Positions 25,261-36,691 of a stretch of DNA of 64,000 nucleotides are shown piece by piece; the first letter of the stretch is position 1; every line of letters starts with the position of its first letter. Location: positions 99,910,023-99,974,022 of the forward strand of contig NC_068984.1 of assembly GCF_001194135.2 (NCBI RefSeq), read 5' to 3'. The position numbers and the translations under genes were made by a program. This DNA is from Octopus bimaculoides. Taxonomy: Eukaryota. The notes beneath the pieces are model-generated. The model was given only the letters and a program-made list of their open reading frames with translations, was not told the origin of the DNA and made no database searches.

Positions 25261-25477
25261 GTATATGTTTGTGTGTCTGTGTTTGTCCTCCCAACATCGC
25301 TTGACAACCGATGCTGGTGTGTTTACGTCCCCCGTAACTTAGCAGTTCGGCAAAAGAGACCGATAGAATAAGTATTACGCTTCCAAAGAATAAGTCCTGG
25401 GGTCGATTTGCTCGACTAAAGGCGGTGCTCCAGCATGGCCGCAGTCAAATGACTGAAACAAGTAAAAGAGTAAAGAG
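25044..25477 (+). mobile_element. SINE family B, full-length and best-preserved copy
   Basis: Pol III-type head gtggctgtgtggtaag..gggttcagtccc, CORE-like gcaccttgggcaagtgtc, internal (TA)n, CpG-rich 3' module, tail ..cagcatggccgcagtcaaatgactgaaacaagtaaaagag. Confidence 0.9.
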
Positions 25478-25489
25478 TGTAATACATAT

Positions 25490-25528
<39 letters not shown>

Positions 25529-25533
<5 letters not shown>

Positions 25534-25746
25534 AAAAGTAGGTATACAGTAAGTATTGTATTAATGTTATAGTACTTAATTCATTAAAATCATTAGCACA
25601 TTAAATTAGTTCACCTCATTTTCGATATGTTCAGTGTCATTGATCATAATAATACTTTTATCATAACTTAATTTTTTTGATAAAAATAAATGAGTAATCT
25701 ACATTTTCTTTTTTCAATACTGTATACCTACTTTTGCACCACCCTG
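25529..25746. mobile_element. Tc1-type MITE, about 220 bp
   Basis: TIR tgcaaaagtaggtatacagta matches tactgtatacctacttttgcaccaccctg|ta. The outer part of the left TIR runs into a (TG)n tract. Confidence 0.75.
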
Positions 25747-25875
25747 TATATATTCTACTTTAAAGAAGTACACCTTTCTTTATGCAGTCCTTGATATACG
25801 ATACCTGGAGAAAAACACTGAGAAGAAACGGTTGGAACGCCTGCTTGATAAGGCCCTGGTACCAATACTCTAAAG

Positions 25876-26010
25876 CAGTGGTTCTCAACCATTTTTTTGC
25901 TTCTAGACCCTTTTGATTCGCCTTTTACTCAGTGGTAGGAGGAGGAAAACTCATAGCCATTCGATGTCCCAAAAACTCCAGTTATATTTTTACAATAAAA
26001 TATTATTTGA
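25876..26010 (+). mobile_element. hAT (Charlie-type) left terminus, truncated
   Basis: Begins cagtggttctcaacc, a typical hAT-Charlie TIR; I found no matching right end downstream. Confidence 0.5.
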
Positions 26011-26039
26011 TAAATAATTTCAATTTCTGGTGGGAGATC

Positions 26040-26300
26040 AGCTTTAATAGTTTCAATGATGGTGGCAATGATGACGGTGAAAAGGAGCTATGATACAGTC
26101 TTGTTTCACTGCTGATCCTACTTGAAATGGTTTGGTGTCACTGTTGTTGACTAGGACCCTCATAAGCATGTTGTCATGGAGAAGCCAAAGGATCCAAATG
26201 TATTTATCAGGCCATCCCAAGATGGATAAGATATCCTAGAGGAATTCTCTTGAAACTGAGTCAAAGGCCTTAGTAAGACCAATAAATGCATATATTCTTT
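26040..26300 (-). mobile_element. RTE/BovB-like RT fragment
   Basis: YAFIGLTKAFDSVSREFL*DILSILGWPDKYIWILWLLHDNMLMRVLVNNSDTKPFQVGSAVKQDCIIAP. Confidence 0.8.
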
Positions 26301-26371
26301 TAATCTTTTATATGTTTCAGCCCTAAGGCTGTAACCATACTGGGGCACACACACATACACAAATATGCATG

Positions 26372-26413
<42 letters not shown>

Positions 26414-26579
26414 AACACACACACACATACATACTATTCTTTTCCCTCTCTCTGGACTTTTCCTCTTTCTGACAATGTCACACATCTTTTTTTGCTATCT
26501 TAGACTTTCTCTGAGTGTCAAGTTAATACATTCATTATGTACATCCTTTCTGGTTTTTGTTTTTGGTTTGCCTATATAT

Positions 26580-26637
<58 letters not shown>

Positions 26638-27191
26638 AAACACTTGGGCTAAACACTGAATTCAAACAAGGAACCTTTATTTCTAAGACCAAAGACAATA
26701 ATACTCTCATCCACTTGACCCAGGCCACAGGTATGTGCACACTTCAATCAAATTGATGAAAACAAGTGTAAATATAAATATTCAGCATTTTCCAACATTA
26801 CACATGAGGAAATGGCCCTGACCCTGAAGATAATAATCTTGAGTCTAATAATATTTTTTAATGTTTTCTCAAGCAACACAATTCCATCTTAAACAAGAAC
26901 GATGTTTATTAATTCTTGCATTGTACATGTTTTCCATGAGTTTTGTGGATTAGAAACTGTTTTGACATAATCAAGTATGATGAACAAAAATTATGGGAAG
27001 ACAGGATATTAATTACAAAAAATGCTGACAAAATATTGATATGACGAAGGAAGAAGAGTAAATATGTGTGCTGATTTGATATGTTTTCAACATCGATAAC
27101 AAAATATTGTTGTTGATCAATATAATTGCAACAGTCATACCTGTGGAAAATCTTTTTAATATTGATAGTTTTCCATGAGGTGAAAGTTTTC

Positions 27192-27595
27192 AGCTGTGTG
27201 ATAAGAAGCTTGCTTCCCAAACATATGGTTCCAGGTTCAGTCCCACTGCATGGCACCTTAGGCAAGTGTCTTCTGCTGTAGCTTCGGGCCCAAGGCTACA
27301 GTAGCCTCATGAATAGGTTTGGTAGACGGAAACTGAAAGAAGTCCATTATGTATCTATCTATCTGTCTGTCTGCCTGTCTGTCTAAATAGGAAATAGTGG
27401 TATAACAAGGCACCAATATTTGCTGGAAATAGCTGTCAACAACTATACGATGTTATGTAAAGCTTCACTGAATGTAAAGATGTCTGCAGGCAAAGAATAT
27501 AAAAAAATTCATCTTACCTCTAGGAAGAATGCTGGAGAAATAGACAACCTAGAATGTGTGTGTGTGTGTGTATGTATGTGTGTGTGTGTGTGTGT

Positions 27596-27627
<32 letters not shown>

Positions 27628-27832
27628 TTCCCACCACATTTTGACAGCCAATGTCGGTGTGTTTACATCCTTGTAACTTAGCGGCTGGACAAAAAAGACC
27701 AATAGAATAAGTACCAGACTTAAAAAACAAAATGAAAATAAGTGCTGCGATTGATTCATTTTGTTAAATATTTTTCAAGGTGGTGCCCCAGCATGGCTGC
27801 AGTCTAATGACTGAAACAAGTAAAAGATAAAA
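27192..27832 (+). mobile_element. SINE family B, with 5' and 3' modules separated by about 270 bp of microsatellite and other sequence
   Basis: Head at about 27192-27350; 3' module at about 27625-27832. Confidence 0.8.
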
Positions 27833-28394
27833 GTTTATTTTACCAACTCATTGTATAGCTATTAATATATTTGTCACCACCATCATCATCACCATTATCA
27901 CCATCATTACTATTACTATTATCCTCATTCTCATCATCATCACTACTATCATTGTCACCATCATCATCATCGTCATCACTGTTCAATTTTTACCAGTTCC
28001 ACTCAACTTAGCTCAGTCCTTCCTCCTCAGAACCTCAATTTCTAAAGCTCCCTCTTTGCAAACATTTTTCCTGTAGTCATCATCTTGCAACTGTTCAAAG
28101 GGAACATTAACTCTGTCTTTCTTGGAGAGCCTGTGAAGGCAATGGCCATGCCTTCTTCCTCCAAAACCAATCAATAAAATATGAAGTCAATCTAGATCTC
28201 CTTCAGATGTAAACTCAGAATGTAAAATGACATAACAAAATACACAAGAGTATTTTATCAAGTGCGTTACTGATTCTGCCAATTTATCCCTAATACTCTG
28301 CCAATTTTATCAATACCGCACCCTGATATTCTACCGTTTCTCATGATCCATCATCCTTTATCTTGTATTTTTTACTTGATAATGATAATAATAA

Positions 28395-28540
28395 TCGTTT
28401 CTACAATAAGCACAAGGCCTGAAATTATGAGGGAGGAGATAATTGATTACATCGACCCCTGTGTTTCACTGGTACTTAATTTATCAACCTCAAAACGATG
28501 AAAGGCAAAGTCAACCTTGTTAGAATTTGAACTCAGAATT
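28395..28540 (-). mobile_element. SINE family A, 5'-truncated
   Basis: Standard family A module read on the minus strand. Confidence 0.8.
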
Positions 28541-28591
28541 TACTGTTGATGTATGGAACTAATATCTCTTTCTTTTATTTGTATATTTCAG

Positions 28592-28695
28592 CTGAAATTC
28601 TCAAGTCCCATGGCAAATATTCACGGGATGCATCTGTTCTCAGCCAGAAATTTGATAACATGTCCTTACCAAATTGTGTTTCTCCTATTGTGGAT
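28592..28695 (+). CDS. Candidate isolated exon (104 nt), product unknown
   Basis: Acceptor ctctttcttttatttgtatatttcag and donor GAT|gtaagt. Two frames are open, e.g. (A)EILKSHGKYSRDASVLSQKFDNMSLPNCVSPIVD. No homology recognised. Confidence 0.35.
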
Positions 28696-28742
28696 GTAAG
28701 TACTTCTCTTTATCTCATTTATATGTGTACATACATACATGC

Positions 28743-28818
<76 letters not shown>

Positions 28819-29036
28819 ATATCAAAGTGCAAAGTATTATATATCCTTTATGGCCGATCTTACCAATTGGTTTCACACAAGGAGTGTTAGGTAACAGTTT
28901 GATTATGTAACCATGCGCTTTTAAGGGATGGCAGTTATGGAATGAAATATGGTGCCTTTGTACATTTTGAGTAATATACCTACTCTATTGACAAATATTG
29001 GAATGTAGCATTTTTCTGACTTATGGATTCTTAGAT

Positions 29037-29102
<66 letters not shown>

Positions 29103-29813
29103 GTTGTTACCTATCTACTTCATAGGATTGTCATTTAGAACATGCATGTACATATTTCTATATAACTATATATCAATACACATGCACACACACACACAAG
29201 CTTGATTTACCTTATGGCTAGATAAGGTAAATCAAGATCTGTATGTTTGTTTTGCTTTTCACACATAATCGGTCATAACACTTGACAAATATTCTAATTC
29301 ATTCCTTCATTCAAGGTAGGAACTGAAATTTCATCTCTCTGTTTAACCAGTGGATTAATATAAAAGCAATCCATTGGAGTGTATCGAATATTGACTTGCA
29401 AGTAGTTAATAGGTGTCTAAATGCAACTGTTGTTCTTCAATCCTGATCCAGTTGACCTGTCATCAAAGGCAATCCAGACTTGACAGTCTCATCTTTTCCC
29501 TGGGTACATTGCACCCAAATCAACATTATTTTATATGTCCTTCTATTCTAAGAGGAGGGGGATGTAATTGAAAGAAAATTTGACTGCCATTTCTAACATG
29601 TTCAGAGATCACAGAGATTTCATCTACAGCTTGTGTGTGAGTGTGTGTGCATTTCAATGGTGAGTGTTTTGTGTATATATTTATAACTAACTGTATGTAT
29701 ATCTGATAATTATTTGTGTGTGTATATGCGTGCACACACACACACAACCATATTAACAAATTTTGTAAGTATATATATATGTACATAACCATATATATAT
29801 ATATATATATTTA

Positions 29814-31355
29814 CAGTATCTCACAGAAGTATGTACATCCCTAAACATTTCAGTAGAATTGCCATTACTCTGAAAATATTAAAGGAAATCAAATGAAATT
29901 TATACTGAATAAAATATATTATACATGCAAACATTATACAAATTTGGAACACAGAACAATAAACATTTTCAAAGATTTGAACGATATATTCATTTTCAAA
30001 TGATGCAAATATATATACACCCTAAAGGATTATTTGCTATATTCGATATTTGGTGTGATCGCCCTTGCTTTCAATGACTGCATTGAGTCTTCTGGGCATA
30101 GAATCAACTAAATTTCTACATATAAGTGATGAAATTGACCTCCATTCATCCTGAATGATGTCTTTCAACTGTGTTACATTGTGGGGTTTTTTCTCCTCAA
30201 TCTTCCTTTGCAAAACACCCCACAGATGTTCTGTTGGGTTTAAATCATGTGATACGGTAGCCCAGGGCAATACCTTTACCTTTTTATCTAAAAACTTGTT
30301 ATCATCTCTGAAGTGTGTTTAGGGTCATTATCATGTTGGAACATGGAGTGTCTTCCTTGTTCCTTGATGCTTTTCAACAGTTTTCTGGAATATGTCACAA
30401 TAAAACCTTGAATCCATTGTTCTCTCAATAAATGTGAGTCCTCCCACATCAGCTGCACTCATGCATCCCCAAATCATAACAGTTCCACCACCGTGTTTCA
30501 CAGTAGGCATGGTGCATTTGTCACTATTATCTTCACCTGGTCATCGCCATACTCGTTTAATACCACCTGACCCAAACAAGTTGATTTTAGTCTCATCAGA
30601 AAGAAGAATTTTATGCCTGGTAGTGAGGAGAGCTTCCTATGATTAATGCATCCATGAAGACCACACTGGTTCAAACTTCCGTGAACTGTTTAGGTGGATA
30701 CACTCTTTTCATTAACAGAAAACACTTCTTGGGTCAAAGATGAAGTGGTACGAAGGCTGTCATCCATTGCGCAACATTAGATGTGGCAAATATCACATGC
30801 AGTTAAAATAGAAGGACGACCTGGACGATGTTTATTGCTTAGCCATCCAGTAGCTTTGTACTTCTGAATTACTTTTGCAACTGTGTTTATGCTAATGTGT
30901 ATTTGTTTGCTGCTTAATTTGTATCCTAAATCATTCTTGGGCAAATTAAAAATAACTTTCTTCAAATCTTCAGACAATTCTTTTCCTTTTGGTTCCATTT
31001 TAATCATAATGAAGAAGATTTTCACTACAGTATACAAATCAGAATTCCAGCAGATGCAATAGCAAGGACCTGTGCAAAAATGCCAGAAATAATTTATTGG
31101 AACTGAAATTATCAGCAATATCTGAATGTAGTAAAAAAAGTGGATAAAATATTGAATATAGCAAATTTCCTTTAGGGTGTACATACTTTGATAATGTTTT
31201 AAAACTAATATTTCATTCATATCTTCGAAATTCCAAATTTGTATAATGTTTGCATGTATAATATATTTTATTCAGTATAAATTTTGTTTGATTTTTGTTT
31301 TTGATATTATCAGAGTAATGGCAATTTTACTGAAATTTTTTAGGGGTGTACATAC
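29814..31355 (-). mobile_element. Tc1-family transposon with long IR/DR-type inverted repeats and a decayed DD34E transposase
   Basis: TA|cagtatctcacagaagtatgtacatccctaaa at the left end. The right IR (about 31150 to the gap at 31356) mirrors 29825-30045. Transposase at about 30040-30998: MEPKGKELSEDLK..GRP, SDETKINLFGS, TVKHGGGTVMIWGCM, FQHDNDPKHT, SHDLNPTEHLW, SMPRRLNAVI..KGDHTKY. Confidence 0.92.
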
Positions 31356-32759
31356 NNNNNNNNNNNNNNNNNNNNNNNNNNNNNNNNNNNNNNNNNNNNN
31401 NNNNNNNNNNNNNNNNNNNNNNNNNNNNNNNNNNNNNNNNNNNNNNNNNNNNNNNNNNNNNNNNNNNNNNNNNNNNNNNNNNNNNNNNNNNNNNNNNNNN
31501 NNNNNNNNNNNNNNNNNNNNNNNNNNNNNNNNNNNNNNNNNNNNNNNNNNNNNNNNNNNNNNNNNNNNNNNNNNNNNNNNNNNNNNNNNNNNNNNNNNNN
31601 NNNNNNNNNNNNNNNNNNNNNNNNNNNNNNNNNNNNNNNNNNNNNNNNNNNNNNNNNNNNNNNNNNNNNNNNNNNNNNNNNNNNNNNNNNNNNNNNNNNN
31701 NNNNNNNNNNNNNNNNNNNNNNNNNNNNNNNNNNNNNNNNNNNNNNNNNNNNNNNNNNNNNNNNNNNNNNNNNNNNNNNNNNNNNNNNNNNNNNNNNNNN
31801 NNNNNNNNNNNNNNNNNNNNNNNNNNNNNNNNNNNNNNNNNNNNNNNNNNNNNNNNNNNNNNNNNNNNNNNNNNNNNNNNNNNNNNNNNNNNNNNNNNNN
31901 NNNNNNNNNNNNNNNNNNNNNNNNNNNNNNNNNNNNNNNNNNNNNNNNNNNNNNNNNNNNNNNNNNNNNNNNNNNNNNNNNNNNNNNNNNNNNNTATATA
32001 TATATATATATATATGCAATCCAAACTGTGTGCATAGATTTATATATAGTCTATTGTGTATTTTTATACATAACCATCTGGATATATATATATATATATA
32101 TTTGTAACGTTTCAAAAAGTATATATATATAACGATGTGTAAAGATATGACACCAGTCTTTGAGTGTCTATATTTATATGTATCTATGTGTAATTATATG
32201 TAACACTAAACTTTGTGTGTATAAGCTTATTCTTAACCATGTGTATATATGACACAAATCTTTGAGTGTATACATCTATACATGCATAATTATGTGCATT
32301 TAAGATTATGATATCATGTGTATGTATGACATCAAACTTTAGAGTTTCTTACCACTTATAAATAACATTGTGTAAATATATAAATACTACATCAGTCTTT
32401 TGTCATCATACATTTTGACCAGTCTCAGAGATAAAGCAGGGTGTATATATACTGAACTACAAAACATGACACCGGTAACAGCCACAACTACAATTTCACT
32501 TGGCTTGACAAGTCTTCTTAAGCACAGCATATCATCCAGTAAAGCATACAAGCTTCATGTCTTTCAAGCTTTTGCATGTCTTCTATTGTTGTGTATTAAT
32601 TAATATTCATCCATGGAATGATGGTAGTCTCTTTCCAAATATGCTTCAAAAGTGTTGTGTCAATGACCAATGAGCTGTCGCCTTTGTTCTGGTAACTTTC
32701 AAAGGAGTTTGTTCAACAATTTTGGTGGTGGCGGCAGTGAAAGTGGCAGTGATAGTGAT

Positions 32760-33900
32760 GGTAGCGGCACATGGCTAGCAATTTTAGTTGAGGGCTTCTG
32801 TCAATTACATCAACTCCAGCACTCTAGTGGTACTTATTTCATCAACCCCAAAAGGATGAAAAGCATAGGCAACCTCAGGTTTATTCAAACTCAGAACATA
32901 AAGGGCCAGAAGAAATGCCACTTAACCATCTGTCCAATATGTTTATGATTCTGCCAGCTCACTGCCTTTTATGATAATAATGATGATCACTTAAAGTGGA
33001 AGGAAGTTGTGGAAGAGGGAGATGCAGGAAGACTTGGGACAAAGTATTGAAGGTCGACCTCAAAACACTAAACCTTATGAAGGAGATGGCAGAGGACCAA
33101 GATATGGGGTGCATTGTTATACTCAAAAGATCCACCCACCATGACAGTATTGATACCCTAAGACCAAGGTGTCACATAAAAAGGATTGGTGTGGGTGCCG
33201 GTGTCACATAAAAAACACTTGTGATGGTGTCATGTAAAAATAATAATCCTTTCTACTTTTGGCACATGGCCTAAAGTTTGTTGGGTGGGGGCTAATTGAT
33301 AACATTGACTCCAGTACTCAGCTGCTACTTATTGGTTCTGAAAAGATGAATGGTAAAGTTGACCTCAGCAGAATTAATACTCAGAACATAAAGCCAGAAG
33401 AAATGCTGTGAAACATTTTGCCAATCATGCTAGCAACTTTGCTAACTTTTAATAATAATAATAATAATCCTCTCTACTATAGGCACAAGGCCTGAAATTT
33501 GTGGTGAGGAGGATAGTCGATTACATCAACCCCAGTACTTGACTGGTACTTAATTTATCGACCCTGAAAAGATGAAAGGTGAAGTCAATATCAACGGAAT
33601 TTGAACTCAAAATTTAAAGATGGATGAAATTCTGCTAGGTATTTTGCCCAGTGTGCTAACAATTCTGCCAGCTCATCACCTTAATAATAAAAATAATATA
33701 ACAATGACAATAATACTAATAATCATGATAATGATAGTTTCTGATTTAGGACAGGTCCAAAAATTCTGATGTCAGAGGTTAGTCAATATTATCAACTCCA
33801 GTACTTGACACTTTATTTCATTGATCTCAGAGGGATGAAGGGCAAAGTTGAACTCAAAATGTAAAGAGCTGGAACATATATCACAAAGCATTTTAACTGA
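32760..33900. mobile_element. Four minus-strand SINE family A copies with an RTE 3' fragment (+, about 32995-33240) among them
   Basis: Repeated family A modules; EGSCGRGRCRKTWDKVLKVDLKTLNL is an RTE ORF2 C-terminus. Confidence 0.75.
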
Positions 33901-34339
33901 CACTTTGGAAATAAGCAGGATGTGTAGACTAATGAAAAGAACACCAGAATTAATAATAAATGGAACAGGAAAAACATGGACAGAATATAAGACCCATACC
34001 AGGGCTTACAGCTTTGCATTTAGTCCATAAAATAGTTCTCCTTGCACAGATCACATCCTACACAAAACACTTTCAGTTCATTGGTACTACTTTAACAATG
34101 CTCTTTCTAAACACAACACAACACCAATGTTACACAACCACCACCCAATAAAATAACATAACCTGCACAGGACATTTTTTTCTTTAAATGATGCCAGATG
34201 TTATTATAACAACAGATACAGACCAGTAACCATACATACAACTGATGTTCTACACTGATGTTCTTCACAGTTCTACATATCCATTATTATGACATAACCA
34301 TACATCACAACCTCTATATATTCACCATCTGACACCTAA

Positions 34340-34577
34340 AACACCTGACGCTGCACATGTTAAAAACCAGCCATACCCAGCTCCAAATATTTTGTCTGTT
34401 TCATGTTCAAACCAGCCAGATCTGATCTTTCACACCTGCCCTACAATGTCATTCTAAAAATGCAGCAACCGCATTATTGAACTTCCAAAGCTACAAAATA
34501 ATGCATGGTTAATTTAAAACAATGTGAATAAATAAGCTTTACACTTGACAGAGTAATCTGAAAGCTAAAGAGTTAAA
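34340..34577. mobile_element. piggyBac-type MITE copy
   Basis: Homologous to 9156-9374; ends ..gtaatctgaaagctaaagag|ttaa. Confidence 0.65.
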
Positions 34578-35708
34578 CAGAAAACACCATGCAATGAAAG
34601 AACACAACTCACAGTGCACATACACTACACAACAGGAGAAATACTCAAATAACACTGGAAACAACAAACCAAACTCTACAAACAAAACAAATATTGTATG
34701 CACACACAGTTCAACAACCTCAAAAGTCAATACAACACACTCGTCAAGAACATGGAATTGCACTTCATAGTGCAGTAGAAAATTGCATGGAACTGTTAAA
34801 AATATGATGACCATGATGATGATCTTCATCATCAGCATCAGCTTTGTCATCATAGTGGGTGGATGGAGGGGTAGTGGTAGTAATGTTGAAGAGGTTTCAC
34901 ATTCCCGAGACTAATGCATAATTTTTTTTTAGCGAAACAATAGAGTATTTGTTGTTTTGATATTTTGCCATTAATAAGAATCCAGTGAACCATATCTACC
35001 AGCGATGGGTATCCAGCTGTAAGAATCAGTTGCTTCAGCATGCAAAAGAATGTCTAATTTTTGTTTTTGCAAAAACACCGACACCATATAACATACAGTA
35101 ATCTTTTAAGCAACATGTTGTTGTTGTTGCTATTTCTTTTTGCTTGCCATAATGGCTGCTGACATTGGCAACAGTACAAACGTGAAATACAAAGAAAAGC
35201 GTGAAGCAGTGGTGGTGGTAGTGTGTGTGTGTGTGTGTGAGGGGATTAGATAGTGTAAAAGATACAAAATCAACCAATAACAATAAACATACATTAATAA
35301 AAAGAGAGCAATAAATATCTATAATAATATATGTATCTTTATTTAAGACAGTGAGTTTTTGACTTGAGAGCAGATCTGGCTGTTATTTCTAGCAGGTTGA
35401 TTGACCATAGAGGGGTTTCTTTGTTAGTTGAAGATTTCCTAACTTTTTAGTGATGTATAAATTAGAGTTGACTAATAAACGTGATTATTTTCATACTTCT
35501 ACACAAATTATTTATACAGGATCCACAAGAATATACAATCACTTCGATTAACTTGCATTTGCCTTATATGTCTGGATATACATTCTCTATAGAGGAGTAT
35601 AAACACATGGTTTCTGATACTAGTTCACCTATAGCTAAAATAAATAAGCAATCTTGGTGGGCCAAAGGATTTAATTAAGTTTTCCATGTTCATTCTTCTG
35701 TATTTTAA

Positions 35709-36278
35709 CCCTTTAGCATTCAGATTATTCTGTAAAAGGGTAAAGACCACACTTTGGTCACACATGACCGTGTGACTGCACCTAGAGAGTTACTCTCCAA
35801 AGCACAAGTTTAGGCAAGGTTGTTTCATGGAAGCCCAGCAGTCGCCCATGCATACCAGCCTCCTCTCTCCACACCACTGATGTTATCCAAGAGAAAACAA
35901 ATGGTCTGATACAGCTTGGTACCAGTGATGTTGCAACTCATATCTACAGCTAAGTAAACTGGAGCAATGTGAAATAAAGTGCCTTGCTCAAGAACACAAC
36001 ACACATCTGGTCCAGAAATCAAACTCACTACCTCGTGATTGTGAGCCCAATGCTTTAACCATTGAGCTATCCACCTTCATTGTCAAACGTAATGCTTACT
36101 TAACTCACATTCTTTTGTATTCTTCATGCATTATCTTATGGCTTTGAGATTTTGTTGATGTGATTGCTTATTTTTTAGAATGACATCATAGGGTAGGTGT
36201 GAGAGGCCTGATCTGGCCAGTTTGGACATATAACAGATATAATACAGGCCAGATTTGGCTTGTTTAAATGCTAAAGGG
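35709..36278. mobile_element. piggyBac-type MITE interrupted by a minus-strand tRNA-derived SINE (family D, about 35731-36078)
   Basis: ttaa|ccctttagcattcagattattctgt [SINE] tgtcaaacgtaatgctt..aatgctaaaggg|tgaa. The SINE head (reverse complement) reads gatagctcaatggttaaagcattgggctcacaatcacgaggtagtgagtttgatttc. Confidence 0.75.
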
Positions 36279-36691
36279 TGAATGATCTTCTCAACATTAC
36301 ACTTCTTTACAGATAACACTGTGCTTCACAGTTTAATCTTCTTCATATAGATGTCATCCACAGTTACATACACACACACAAAAACAATCTAGGCACTTTC
36401 TGCTAGACTTTCACTCATTCTAAAAACACAGACTGAAAAAAAATCTGAGATTTGGGCATGACAGTCTAAAGTCCTGAAACCACACCACAGTACAATTATT
36501 TCATGTACCTTCATCACTGAACATGAAGAACGCAAAACATAAACCTTAAAATATATTACAATCATTTAGACTTGGAATCTCATTCACCAACACATTACAT
36601 ACACTAACCTGTAGAGTCATTCGTTTCTTCTCTCAGTATCTCCATACAGCTATACTAAGTTATGAAGCTGTTTACAATCTCTGCCTGTGTA

